Assembly (NCBI GenBank): GCA_015655355.1
Contig: JAATFG010000082.1
Coordinates: 12,874-76,873, forward strand
Reading direction: 5' to 3'
Length of the DNA stretch: 64,000 nt
From: Lysobacterales bacterium
Lineage (GTDB): Bacteria > Pseudomonadota > Gammaproteobacteria > Xanthomonadales > Xanthomonadaceae
Shown: positions 46,553 through 57,580 of the stretch, one piece after another
Numbering within the stretch: position 1 is the first letter of the stretch
Layout of the letters: the number at the start of each line of letters is the position of its first letter
The notes under the pieces: generated by a model
Told to the model about the DNA's origin: nothing
Database searches by the model: none
What the model saw: the letters and a program-made list of their open reading frames with translations, nothing else
Translations under genes and position numbers: made by a program

Positions 46553-47211
46553 GGAAGCCACAGTTGCACGTGCTGCTGGATCGCGTTGCGCAGGTCGATC
46601 AGCTTGCGGTGGAAGAAATGCCCGGTGTCGGCGAAGCGCACCAGTTGCGGCTTGACCGGCAGCGAATCGATCCAGTCGAACACCGATTGCGGCGGCACGA
46701 TCTCGTCGGCTTCGCCCATCAATACCAGCCATGGCACGCGCGGCAGCGGGATCGCGTGGAAATCCCAGCCGCGGCGCGCGACCGGCGGGGCGATCGAGAT
46801 CAGCGCATCGGCATTCAACGCAACCGCGTTCTTGAACGTGACGTAGCTGCCGAAGCTGAAGCCGACGAACCAGATTCTCCAGCCCGGCTTGTTCGCGCGG
46901 ACCCAGTCGTTGACGCAGCGCAGGTCGTCGCTTTCGCCGTTGCCCGAATCGAATTCGCCCTGCGACTGGCCGACGCTGCGGAAGTTGAAGCGCACCGTGG
47001 TGACGCCCAGTTCGCGCAACGCCTTCGCCGCCATCGTCACCACCTTGTTGTTCATCGTGCCGCCGTCGATGGACAGCGGATGGCAGACGATGGCGACGAC
47101 GTCTTCGGCGTGGACATCGGCCTCGGGGAATTCGACTGCCGCTTCCAGCGCGCCGGCGGGGCCGTCGAGCAGCAGGGAAGCGGTTTCGGCGGGAAATGCG
47201 GGCTGGCTCAT
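46549..47211 (-). CDS. Alpha/beta hydrolase
   Basis: CHPLSIDGGTMNNKVV, RFNFR, GFSFG, GHFFH; ATGA coupling to zapE. Confidence 0.9.
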   Translation of the reverse strand: MSQPAFPAETASLLLDGPAGALEAAVEFPEADVHAEDVVAIVCHPLSIDGGTMNNKVVTMAAKALRELGVTTVRFNFRSVGQSQGEFDSGNGESDDLRCVNDWVRANKPGWRIWFVGFSFGSYVTFKNAVALNADALISIAPPVARRGWDFHAIPLPRVPWLVLMGEADEIVPPQSVFDWIDSLPVKPQLVRFADTGHFFHRKLIDLRNAIQQHVQLWLP

Positions 47212-47237
47212 GCGGATATGATAGCGGCCCCGGCGCT

Positions 47238-47297
47238 CGTCATTCCCGCAACAGCGGGAACCCTGCGTCCTTAGTTCTTGCCTCTTGCGGGATGACG
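47238..47297. repeat. Degenerate CGTC-type REP-like palindromic element
   Basis: CGTCATTCCCGCAA...TTGCGGGATGACG terminal inverted repeat with internal hairpin TTCCCGC-AACA-GCGGGAA. Confidence 0.6.
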
Positions 47298-47298
47298 G

Positions 47299-48147
47299 AT
47301 GATTTTTCTGCTTTTCAGCGTGTTGTGCAGCGTGGCCGTTTCCGTGTTGTTGCGCCGCGCCGCGCCCTGGCGCATCGATGCCGCGCAAGCGGTGACGTGG
47401 AATTACCTGGTCGCATCGATCCTGTGCGGCGTGTTCCTGCATCCGTCGTTGCAAGCATTGCGCGACGGTTCCGCGCCGTGGCCGGAATTGTTGCTGCTCG
47501 CGGTCGCATTGCCTGGCATCTTCCTCGTGTTCGCGCGCACGCTGGCGTTGGCCGGCATCGTCCGCGGCGACGCGGCGCAGCGCCTGTCGTTGCTGATTTC
47601 GCTGGCGGCCGCGTTCCTGTTCTTCGGCGAAAAGGCCAATGCGTTCAAGTTCGCCGGGCTCGGCGTCGGCGTGCTTGCGCTGGTCGGCATCCTTGCGCGC
47701 GAATCGACCGGCGCGGCTTCGTGGAAAACCGCGTGGCCGTGGTTGCTGGCCACCTGCGCCGGCTATGCCGGCATCGACATCCTGCTCAAGCGCATCGCGT
47801 TGAGCGGCACCTCGTCGATGACCGCATTGCAGGCCAGCTTCGTGCTGGCCTTCGTGCTGATGCTGGCGTACCTGTTCGTGCGCAAGACCAGGTTCGACGT
47901 GCACAACCTCGTCGCCGGCCTGCTGCTCGGTGCGCTCAACTTCGCCAACATCTTCTTCTACGTGCGCGCGCACCAGGCGTTGCCGAATTCGCCGGCGACG
48001 GTGTTCGCGACGATGAACATCGGCGTGGTCGCGCTCGGCACGCTGGTCGGCGTGGCGTTCTTCAAGGAGCAGACCAGCGCGTGGAATCGCGTGGGCCTGG
48101 CGTTGGCGGTGGTCGCGATCCTGTTGATTGCGATAGGCGCGCTGTAA
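47299..48147 (+). CDS. EamA/DMT-family transporter
   Basis: About 10 TM segments with a duplicated half (FFGEK / FFKEQ). Confidence 0.85.
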   Translation: MIFLLFSVLCSVAVSVLLRRAAPWRIDAAQAVTWNYLVASILCGVFLHPSLQALRDGSAPWPELLLLAVALPGIFLVFARTLALAGIVRGDAAQRLSLLISLAAAFLFFGEKANAFKFAGLGVGVLALVGILARESTGAASWKTAWPWLLATCAGYAGIDILLKRIALSGTSSMTALQASFVLAFVLMLAYLFVRKTRFDVHNLVAGLLLGALNFANIFFYVRAHQALPNSPATVFATMNIGVVALGTLVGVAFFKEQTSAWNRVGLALAVVAILLIAIGAL

Positions 48148-48232
48148 CGCCCTGCGGCATGACCGAGGCGTTGGCGGCCGCGATGTCCTCCCTGCATACT
48201 CCGCATCTATTGTCTATTGCGACGGATGCACG

Positions 48233-48778
48233 ATGAGCGCGATCCTCGACCCCGTCGATGCCACGGCCGATGCCGGTTGCCGGCAGCGGTTTGCGCAGGT
48301 CTACGACGAGCTCAAGCGCGTGGCGCGACGCGAACTGCGCCGTGCCCCCGCAAACACGCTCGGCCCCACCGCGCTGGTGCATGAAGTCTACCTGCGCTTG
48401 GCCGAAGGCGGCCACGATGCGGATGGGCGCGGTGTCTCCCTTGCGCTGGCGGCGCGGGCGATGCGCTTCGTCCTGGTCGACCACGTGCGTGCGCGCAACG
48501 CGGGCAAGCGCGGCGGCGACTTGGTGCGGGTGACGCTGATGACGGACATGCCGTTGGGCAAGGGCAGCGATCCGGTCGACGTGCTCGCGATCGAGCGTGG
48601 CCTGCAGTTGCTGGCAAGCGTCGATCCGCGCCTGGTCACGGTGGTCGAATGCCGTTTCTTCGCCGGCATGAGCTTCGACGAGATCGCCAGCCATTTGGGC
48701 GTGTCCGAGCGCACCGTGCAACGCGACTGGCGGCGCGCACGCGTTTTCCTGTTGGCGCAGATGGGACCGCCCGCGTGA
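48233..48778 (+). CDS. ECF sigma factor, kinase-associated type (ECF43/TIGR02999-like)
   Basis: VYDELKRVA, TLGPTALVHEVYLRL, AMRFVLVDH, KRGG, RFFAGMSFDEIA, SERTVQRDW. Confidence 0.92.
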   Translation: MSAILDPVDATADAGCRQRFAQVYDELKRVARRELRRAPANTLGPTALVHEVYLRLAEGGHDADGRGVSLALAARAMRFVLVDHVRARNAGKRGGDLVRVTLMTDMPLGKGSDPVDVLAIERGLQLLASVDPRLVTVVECRFFAGMSFDEIASHLGVSERTVQRDWRRARVFLLAQMGPPA

Positions 48779-51576
48779 GCGGGAACGATCCGCACCGCTG
48801 GCGGCGCGCGCTGGAATTGTTCGACCGCGTGGTCGATTCGAGCCCGGCCGCGCGCGCGGCGGTGCTGGATGCCGAATGCGCCGGCGATGCGCAATTGCGC
48901 GCGGAGGTCGAGCGGCTGCTGGCATTGGATGCGCACGACGATCTGCTCGATCATGGCGTGGCCCCGTTGCTGGATGCGGTTGCCTGCAAGGCGATCGACC
49001 GCGACGAAACCGATCGCGGCGGCGAGTTGCTCGGCGCATGGCGGTTGCAGCGCCTGCTTGGCCGCGGCGGCATGGGCGAGGTCTATGCCGCGCGGCGCGA
49101 CGACGACAGCGGGCAACTGGCGGCGATCAAGTGCCTGCGCCGGCGCTGGGACGGCGGCGAACAGGCGCTGCGCTTCCTGCGCGAAAGGAAGATCCTCGCC
49201 GTGTTGTCGCACCCGAACATTCCGGCGTTGCTCGACCACGGCATCGATGGCGAGGCTCGACCGTGGTTCGCGCTGGAATTCGTCGATGGCGCGCCGCTGA
49301 CGCAATGGGTGGACGCGCACCGCCTGGACCTGCGCGCGCGCATCGGCCTGTTCCGGCAAGTGTGCGCGGCGGTGCAGCACGCGCATGAACACTTCGTCGT
49401 GCATCGCGACCTGAAGCCGGCCAACATTCTCGTCGACAACGCGGGCCGCGCGCGCGTGCTGGATTTTGGCGTCGCCAAGCGGCTCGACGAAAGCGAGGGG
49501 CAAACGCGTACCGGCGTGTTCGCCGGCTTCACCCCCGAATACGCCGCGCCCGAGCAGATCAGTGGCGGCACCATCAGCGCCGCGACCGACGTGTACGCAT
49601 TGGGCGTGGTTCTCTATCAATTGCTCGCCGGCCGCTTGCCCCATGTGTTCGCCGGCAACGACCTGCGCGCGGCGACGCAGGCGATCAGCACCCGGAACGC
49701 GCCCCGGCTGGAACACGCCATCACCACCGGCAGCGCCGAAGAGGTGCGGCACCGCTTGCAAGCACGTTGCACCGATTTGCGTGCTTTCAAGCGTTTCGTG
49801 CGCGGCGACCTCGGGCGCATTTTGCAGACCGCGCTGGCGAAGGAGCCGCAGCGCCGCTACGCCAGCGTGCAGCGTTTTTCCGATGATCTGGCGCGCCTGC
49901 TGGAGGGACGCACGGTGTCGGTGAGTGGCGACACGCTCGCCTATCGCATGCGCAAGTTCGTGCAGCGCAATCGCTGGGGCGTGGCGATGGCGGCGGTCGC
50001 GCTGCTGGCGTTGCTGGGTGGCAGCGGTGCCGCGCTGTACCGCGCCCATGCCGAGCGCGTGCAACGCGAGCGCAGCGAGGCGATCCTCGGTTTCATGCAG
50101 CGCCTCTACACCGGTGATGCCAGTGAGGGTGGCTACGGCAGCAAGCTGACCGCGATGCAATTGCTCGACCGCGCCAGTCGGCGCATCGATGCCGTGTTCC
50201 CGGACGACCCCATCGGCGAGGCGCAATTGCTCGGCACGGTGGCGCAGGCCTATGTCGACGTGGGCGCGCCGCAACAAGGCATCGGCTACCTGCAACGCGC
50301 CTTGCAGGGCCTTCGTCCCCGGCGCGAGGGCGACGTGCGCGATTACATCGGCCTGGTCGAAGAACTGGGCACCGCCCTGACCGACAGCTCGCGCTTCGCC
50401 GACGCGGTGGCGCTGGTCGACCGCGAATTCGCCTTCGTCGATGGCCACGACCACGTGCAATCCGCGGAACTGCACCGCTTGCGCGGCTACGCCCTGCTGC
50501 AACAGGGCGACAGCGCGCATGCGGTACAGGATTTGCGCGAGGCGGTGGCGATCTACGAAGCCGTGCATGCGCCGCCATCGAAGCGGGTCGGCAACGCCTA
50601 CAGCGACCTGGGGCTGGCCGTCAGCGATGCCGGCGATGCGCAGCAGGCCTTGTCCTTGTTCCGGGAAATGGAGGCGATCGAGCGCAAGGCGGGCGACGCG
50701 GAGCCGATCGACTTGTTGGTGGCGCAGAACAACATGGCCCGCGAGTACTACCGAATGGGGCAGCCGCAGCAGACCATCGCCCTGCTGCAGCCGGTCTTGC
50801 CGCAGTTCGAAGCCATGGCGGGCGCTGGCCATGCCCGCACCGTGTCCGCGCGCAACCTGTTGTCGCAGGCGTATGCCAGCGTGGGTCGCTACCCGGATGC
50901 ACTGGCGGAAAACGCGCGCAACCTGCAGGCGCTGTCGCAGGCAGCGGACGGCGATCCCGGGCTACTGCTGCTGACCCGGCTCACCCGCGCCAAATTGCTG
51001 ACTTACGCCGGTCGCGCCGCCGAGGCCCTGCCGCTGGCGCAGGCCGGGCTGGCGGACATGCGCCGGCAATCGCCCGGGCCGAGCGTGCTGCGCGGGCGTG
51101 CCAACTGGATCGTCGGCGAAACCCTGCTGCGGCTGGGCCGTTGCGCGGAAGCGGCGCCGTTGCTGCAAGCCGCGCTGGACGATGATCGCAAGATCACCGG
51201 CAATGCGCCCAGCACCAATGCCGGCGAGGCCGAGGACAGCCTGGGCCGTTGCCGTTTGCTGCAGGGCGATGCCATCGGCGCGCAAGCGTGGCTGCAGAAA
51301 GCGGTGAACGATTTCACCGCCGCGCGCGGCAACGACAATGCCTCCACCCTGCGCAGCCGCGCGCATCTGCAATGGGCCACCACATGCCTGCGCGATCCGC
51401 CGCCGCAGGTACTGGCCGCACTGCAAGCCTTGCGTCCGGCCCTGGTCAAGGCGCTCGGCGGTGCGGCGCATCCGGACGTGGTCCAGTTCGATCAACTGTT
51501 GCAGCGGCTTTCCGCGGCGCCTGCCGTCGCCGTTCCGGCGCCCACTCCGTTCACGGGCTTGAACAGCCTTTCCTGA
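48775..51576 (+). CDS. Membrane Hanks-type Ser/Thr kinase with C-terminal TPR-like repeats
   Basis: GTGA coupling to ECF; GRGGMGEV, AIK, HRDLKPAN, DFG, YAAPEQ, DVYALG; single TM segment; helical repeats. Confidence 0.95.
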   Translation: MSGNDPHRWRRALELFDRVVDSSPAARAAVLDAECAGDAQLRAEVERLLALDAHDDLLDHGVAPLLDAVACKAIDRDETDRGGELLGAWRLQRLLGRGGMGEVYAARRDDDSGQLAAIKCLRRRWDGGEQALRFLRERKILAVLSHPNIPALLDHGIDGEARPWFALEFVDGAPLTQWVDAHRLDLRARIGLFRQVCAAVQHAHEHFVVHRDLKPANILVDNAGRARVLDFGVAKRLDESEGQTRTGVFAGFTPEYAAPEQISGGTISAATDVYALGVVLYQLLAGRLPHVFAGNDLRAATQAISTRNAPRLEHAITTGSAEEVRHRLQARCTDLRAFKRFVRGDLGRILQTALAKEPQRRYASVQRFSDDLARLLEGRTVSVSGDTLAYRMRKFVQRNRWGVAMAAVALLALLGGSGAALYRAHAERVQRERSEAILGFMQRLYTGDASEGGYGSKLTAMQLLDRASRRIDAVFPDDPIGEAQLLGTVAQAYVDVGAPQQGIGYLQRALQGLRPRREGDVRDYIGLVEELGTALTDSSRFADAVALVDREFAFVDGHDHVQSAELHRLRGYALLQQGDSAHAVQDLREAVAIYEAVHAPPSKRVGNAYSDLGLAVSDAGDAQQALSLFREMEAIERKAGDAEPIDLLVAQNNMAREYYRMGQPQQTIALLQPVLPQFEAMAGAGHARTVSARNLLSQAYASVGRYPDALAENARNLQALSQAADGDPGLLLLTRLTRAKLLTYAGRAAEALPLAQAGLADMRRQSPGPSVLRGRANWIVGETLLRLGRCAEAAPLLQAALDDDRKITGNAPSTNAGEAEDSLGRCRLLQGDAIGAQAWLQKAVNDFTAARGNDNASTLRSRAHLQWATTCLRDPPPQVLAALQALRPALVKALGGAAHPDVVQFDQLLQRLSAAPAVAVPAPTPFTGLNSLS

Positions 51577-51703
51577 GCTACCGCTTCCGCGCTTCGCCGC
51601 TGGCGCGGCCCCGTCGTTGCCTGCGTGTCGTCTTTTCCCGCGGGTTTCCGACTACTCCCCTCGAGCCCGGCCAATTCGGACCGGTCCACCGGGAGAAACG
51701 ACC

Positions 51704-53563
51704 ATGAACACACACCACTTCAACCACCCCTCCCGCCGCTTGCGGCGCTCGCTGTTGGCCATTGCCCTGTTGGGATCGCTGTCCGCGCCAGCATGGGCGG
51801 ACAGCTCTTGCGTGGATGCCAGCGGCAACCCGATCACCCCTCCGCCATCCACCAACCAAGGCAACGAACACGGCAACAACAACACGACTTGCCAGTCCGG
51901 CACCAGCGCTTATGGCGAACAGAACAACGCCAGCGGGTCATACAGCAGTGCCTTCGGTGGCTGGAACACCGCCAGCGGGTCATACAGCAGCAGTGCCTTC
52001 GGTGGCGGGAACACCGCCAGCGGGTCATACAGCAGTGCCTTCGGTTACACCAACACCGCCAGCAGCGAGTCCGGCAATGCCTTCGGTAGTTACAACACCG
52101 CCAGCGCCACTTCCAGCAGCGCCTTCGGTGATGGCAACACCGCCAGTGGCTTTGTCAGCAGCGCCTTCGGCTTTGGCAACACCGCCAGCGTGCAAAACAG
52201 CAGCGCCTTCGGTGATGGCAACATCGCCAGCGGCAATGCCAGCAGCGCCATCGGCTACTACAGCACCACCAACGGCAAATACAGCAGCGCCATCGGCTCC
52301 TACAACACCGCCAGCGGCGATTTCAGCAGCGCCTTCGGTTACCGAGGTACAGCTGCCGGCAAGGCCAGCCTGGTCCTTGCCGGCTGGTACGACCGCAACG
52401 GCGACGGCAAGGTAGCCATCGACGTCGACACGGATGGCGATGGCGTCAACGAATCCAGCAGCGAAACCGCCGTGGCCAAAGGCGAGAGCGCGGTGGCGCT
52501 GGGCGCGGGCGTGGCGGCCAACGGTGATGCGAGTGTGGCGCTTGGCGTCAACGCCACGGCCAACGCCAGGCAAAGCACCGCGCTGGGCTTCGGCGCGGTG
52601 GCCGACCGCGAACGCACCATCTCGGTCGGCGGCAACGGTACGGACAACAGCGACAAGAACCAGATCGTCAATCTCGCCGATGGCACGTTGGACTTCGATG
52701 CGGTCAACGTGCGTCAGTTGACCCGTGTGGTTGGTTGGTTCGGCGGCGGCGCATCGTTCGCCAACGGCACCTTCACCGCACCCACCTACACGATCCAGGG
52801 GACGGCCTACCACAACGTCGGCGATGCCTTCGGCGCGGTGGATACCAAGTTGAGCGCATTGGCGGCAGGCGGCACGGGCGGCATGGCCGGGCCTGCCGGC
52901 CCCGCAGGCCCGAAGGGTTACACCGGTGCAACCGGTCCGCAGGGGCCGAAGGGTGACACGGGCGCAACGGGTGCGATTGGCCCACAAGGCCCGAAGGGTG
53001 ACAAGGGCGATGCTGGTCCAGCAAGCAGCGGCGATGACGCAACAGCGCTGGCCAGTGCCAACCAGCACGCCGATGCGGGGGATGTCGCGACGCTGGCCAG
53101 TGCCAACCAACATGCGGATGCCGGTGATGCAACGACCTTGAGTTCGGCAAAGACGTATGCAGACAAGGGTGACGCAACCACGTTGAGCAGCGCCAAGACC
53201 TATGCGGACACCGGCGATGCAACGACCTTGAGTTCGGCCAAGAGCTATGCCGACAGCCAGGTGCAGACGCTCAGCGACGACTTCCAGAGCTACAGGCAGG
53301 AAACCGACCAGCGCTTCTCGCACATGGACCGTCGCATCGATCACGTCGCCGCGATGGGCGCGGCGTATGCAGGCATGGCGATGAACACGTCCGGGCTGGG
53401 CGGCGCGAACCGGGTGGGCGTCGGCGTCGGCGGGCAGGGCGGCGAGAAGGCGTTGGCGGTGGGCTACCAGCGCGCCATCGGCAACCGCGCCAGCGTGTCG
53501 CTGGGCGGTGCGTTCGGCGGCAGCGACACAAGCGTGATGGCCGGCGCCGGCTTCAGTTGGTAA
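51704..53563 (+). CDS. YadA-like trimeric autotransporter adhesin
   Basis: GGAGA RBS; signal peptide; SAFG head repeats; DAVNVRQL neck; YAD stalk repeats; anchor ending AGFSW. Confidence 0.93.
   Translation: MNTHHFNHPSRRLRRSLLAIALLGSLSAPAWADSSCVDASGNPITPPPSTNQGNEHGNNNTTCQSGTSAYGEQNNASGSYSSAFGGWNTASGSYSSSAFGGGNTASGSYSSAFGYTNTASSESGNAFGSYNTASATSSSAFGDGNTASGFVSSAFGFGNTASVQNSSAFGDGNIASGNASSAIGYYSTTNGKYSSAIGSYNTASGDFSSAFGYRGTAAGKASLVLAGWYDRNGDGKVAIDVDTDGDGVNESSSETAVAKGESAVALGAGVAANGDASVALGVNATANARQSTALGFGAVADRERTISVGGNGTDNSDKNQIVNLADGTLDFDAVNVRQLTRVVGWFGGGASFANGTFTAPTYTIQGTAYHNVGDAFGAVDTKLSALAAGGTGGMAGPAGPAGPKGYTGATGPQGPKGDTGATGAIGPQGPKGDKGDAGPASSGDDATALASANQHADAGDVATLASANQHADAGDATTLSSAKTYADKGDATTLSSAKTYADTGDATTLSSAKSYADSQVQTLSDDFQSYRQETDQRFSHMDRRIDHVAAMGAAYAGMAMNTSGLGGANRVGVGVGGQGGEKALAVGYQRAIGNRASVSLGGAFGGSDTSVMAGAGFSW
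51923..52345 (+). repeat. Ten in-frame 42-bp (one 45-bp) head repeats
   Basis: AACACCGCCAGC...GCCTTCGG units encoding NTASxxxSSAFGxx. Confidence 0.9.
52880..53023 (+). repeat. Collagen-like (Gly-X-Y)16 segment
   Basis: GMA GPA GPA GPK GYT GAT GPQ GPK GDT GAT GAI GPQ GPK GDK GDA GPA. Confidence 0.92.
53033..53257 (+). repeat. Five 15-aa stalk repeats
   Basis: GDATTLSSAKTYAD / GDVATLASANQHAD units at 45-bp period. Confidence 0.85.
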
Positions 53564-53656
53564 CGGGGACGCCGCTTTCCGAAAGTTGCCGGAAACAGTC
53601 TCGGGTTGTCGTCGAAAACAAGGATGTTTTCGACGCGCCCGCAATGCCGTCCTTGC

Positions 53657-53776
53657 TTCAGGTTGCCGGTGATCCGCGCCACGCGAAGCGGTCGGCGACA
53701 GCGGCGGTGGGCGCGTCGCAACGCGCCGGTGAAATGAATGGCCGATGCCGCGCTTATTTCAGGTTGCCGGTGATCC
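53657..53776. repeat. 19-bp exact direct repeat duplicating the 3' end of the cytochrome c5 gene
   Basis: TTCAGGTTGCCGGTGATCC at 53657-53675 and 53758-53776. Confidence 0.85.
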
Positions 53777-54275
53777 AATCCACCGTCGCATGGATCTGCG
53801 CTTCGCTCAACGACGGGTTGCCGCCCTTCGGCGGCATCACCCCGCCATCGGGGCCGGTGAAGCCTTCCATCGCGTGCTTGTACAGCGTGTCCTTGCCTTG
53901 GGCGATGCGCTTGTCCCAGTGCGCATGGTCGAGCAGCGGTGCGCCGCCGACGCCGTTGGTGTGGCAGGCGGTGCACAGGTTGTCGAAGATGGCCTTGCCG
54001 TCGAGCGTGCCGCCGTAGGCGACGTTGGCCGCGGCCGCCTTCAAGGCGGCGGCTTGCGCGGCCGCCTGTGCCGCGGCGCCGGTCGCGCCCGCATACACCG
54101 CGCCGACCGGGGCGATGCGTTCCTCGGTACGCTTCTGCGCGGTCGGCGAGACTTCCGGCGGCAGCACGTGCGAATGCAGGTACAGCGCGGCGAGGATCAG
54201 GCCGAGCGTGACCAGGGAGAGGAAGCCGATCATCAGCGAGAAACGCTTGAGGAATTCGAGATCGTAATTGCGCAC
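53754..54275 (-). CDS. Cytochrome c5 family protein
   Basis: N-terminal TM segment, RIAPVG, CTACH, MPPKGG. Confidence 0.92.
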   Translation of the reverse strand: MRNYDLEFLKRFSLMIGFLSLVTLGLILAALYLHSHVLPPEVSPTAQKRTEERIAPVGAVYAGATGAAAQAAAQAAALKAAAANVAYGGTLDGKAIFDNLCTACHTNGVGGAPLLDHAHWDKRIAQGKDTLYKHAMEGFTGPDGGVMPPKGGNPSLSEAQIHATVDWITGNLK

Positions 54276-54383
54276 TTTCTTCCACCCGCAGACGAGGACG
54301 CTGTCCGGATTATGTCATTCCGCATTTGCGGTTGGGCGATTACGCCGTGCGGCTGCGACCAAAGACGAACGATGGCGCTCGGG

Positions 54384-55096
54384 TCACGGGCTCCAGTACA
54401 CCGGCAGCGGCACCGGCGCGTGGCCGATGACGTGCGCCACCGGCGCCGGCTGGCCGTCGATCGGTGCGCCGTCGAGCACGGCGTCGAACACCTTGCGCTT
54501 GCCCGCGCCTTCGATGTGCAGCGCACGCCAGCGCGCGGCCAGCAGCGGCGGCAGGGTCAGGCTGATCCGCGGCTCGCCGGCGGCTTCGGCGCGCAGCGGC
54601 AGCACGATGGCCGTGGCGACCGGGTTCAAGGCCTGGGCGAGGCGGTCGGCGCCGGGGAAGAAGCTGGCGGTGTGGCCGTCGTCGCCCATGCCGAGCACGA
54701 CCACGTCCAGTGGCAGCAGCGCTTCGAGGTCGCGGCTCACTTCGGCCAGTGCGGTTTCCGGCTCGGCGGAATTGCGGTGCAGCGGCAGGAAGCGCGCGTG
54801 CGCCGCCGCGTTCTGCAGCAGGTTGGCCTTGACCAGCGCGGCATTGCTGCGCGGGCTGGCCTCGCCGACCCAGCGCTCGTCGACCAGGGTCACCGTCACC
54901 TTCGGCCAGTCCAGCGCTGCATGCGAAAGCACCTGCAAAAAGCGCTTCGGGGTGTTGCCGCCAGACAGGGCGAGGCTGGCCTTGCCGCGCTTTGCGATGG
55001 CGCCGCGCAACTGCGCGGCGACGTCCTGCGCCAGCGTGCGCGCCAGGGTTTCGCCGTCGGCGAATTCGCGCAGGGCGATGTGGTTTTTCAGTGCCA

Positions 55097-55097
<1 letters not shown>
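54384..55097 (-). CDS. pgl: 6-phosphogluconolactonase
   Basis: LSGGNTP, DERWV, RSN, GMGDDGHTASFFP; TGATG coupling to zwf. Confidence 0.95.
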
Positions 55098-56575
<1,478 letters not shown>

Positions 56576-56710
56576 GCTTGCGATTTCCGGTTTCGTTTCG
56601 GGACGGGAAACATACCACCGCAGCACCAGTGTTGCGAAGCCAAACCCCGCAAAACCAAGACCAAAGGCGAGTGCATTGCGCGTTTGGTTGGTCATTGGTA
56701 TCGTTTCGGC

Positions 56711-57460
56711 ATGCTCACCGCCATTCCCCGCGAATACCAGCGCCTGCAACAGGGCGAAGCCAGCAAGTCGCTGGCCTACCTGCGCCTGCGCCGCGCGCTG
56801 CATCACCTGATCGTCAGCGGCCAGCTCGGGCCGGGGCAGGCGTTGCCGAGCGAGCGTGACCTCGCCGCGTTGCTGGAAGTCTCGCGGGTCACCGTGCGCA
56901 AGGCCTTGGCCGGGCTGATCGCGCAGGGCCTGCTGATCCAGCGCCAGGGTGCGGGTACCTTCGTCGCCGAGCGCATCGTGCGCAGCTTCTCGCGCCTGAC
57001 CGGCTTCACCGACGACCTGCGCGAGCGCGGCCTCGACCCGAAGGTGGAATTCCTCGAGCGCGGCACCGGCGAAGTCACGCCGGAAGAGGCGATGGCGCTG
57101 AACCTGTCGCCGGGCAGCGGCGTGATCCGCCTGTATCGTTTGCGCCACGTCGATGGCGTGCCGATCGCGATCGAGCGCACCTTGGTGCCGCTGGCGCTGT
57201 TGCCGGAGCCGGAAAAGATCACCGGCTCGCTGTACGAAGCGCTGGATTTATGGGGCCGCCGGCCCAAGCGCGCGCTGCAGCGGCTGCGCGCGGTGGCGCT
57301 GGAAGAGGAGCCGGCGCGGCACCTGCAATTGCCGGTCGGCAGCCCCGGGTTGCTGGTCGAGCGCCGCGCCTTCCTCGGCGACGGCCGCGTGGTCGAATCG
57401 ACCCGTTCGTTCTACCGCGGCGATGCCTACGACTTCGTCGCCGAGCTCCACAGCGAATGA
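56711..57460 (+). CDS. GntR/HutC-family (UTRA) regulator, NagQ-like
   Basis: LPSERDL, VSRVTVRKA, QGAGTFV, C-terminal YRGDAYDF. Confidence 0.9.
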   Translation: MLTAIPREYQRLQQGEASKSLAYLRLRRALHHLIVSGQLGPGQALPSERDLAALLEVSRVTVRKALAGLIAQGLLIQRQGAGTFVAERIVRSFSRLTGFTDDLRERGLDPKVEFLERGTGEVTPEEAMALNLSPGSGVIRLYRLRHVDGVPIAIERTLVPLALLPEPEKITGSLYEALDLWGRRPKRALQRLRAVALEEEPARHLQLPVGSPGLLVERRAFLGDGRVVESTRSFYRGDAYDFVAELHSE

Positions 57461-57580
57461 ACAGGGCCGTGATGCGGTGCGCAGAAACGGTGCGCTGCGT
57501 CACGGTTATGCGTAAACTCGATTGCGGGTCCGCATGGGGCTGCCGGGAGCGGTAGACGGGCCATCCACCAACAACGGGTC

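Noticed and set aside
51923-52345. CRISPR-like periodic repeats
   Set aside because: In-frame coding repeats of an adhesin head; no unique spacers and no cas genes
48233-53563. Mobile element or genomic island call
   Set aside because: No integrase, transposase, tRNA or paired flanking repeats seen; composition shift not quantified
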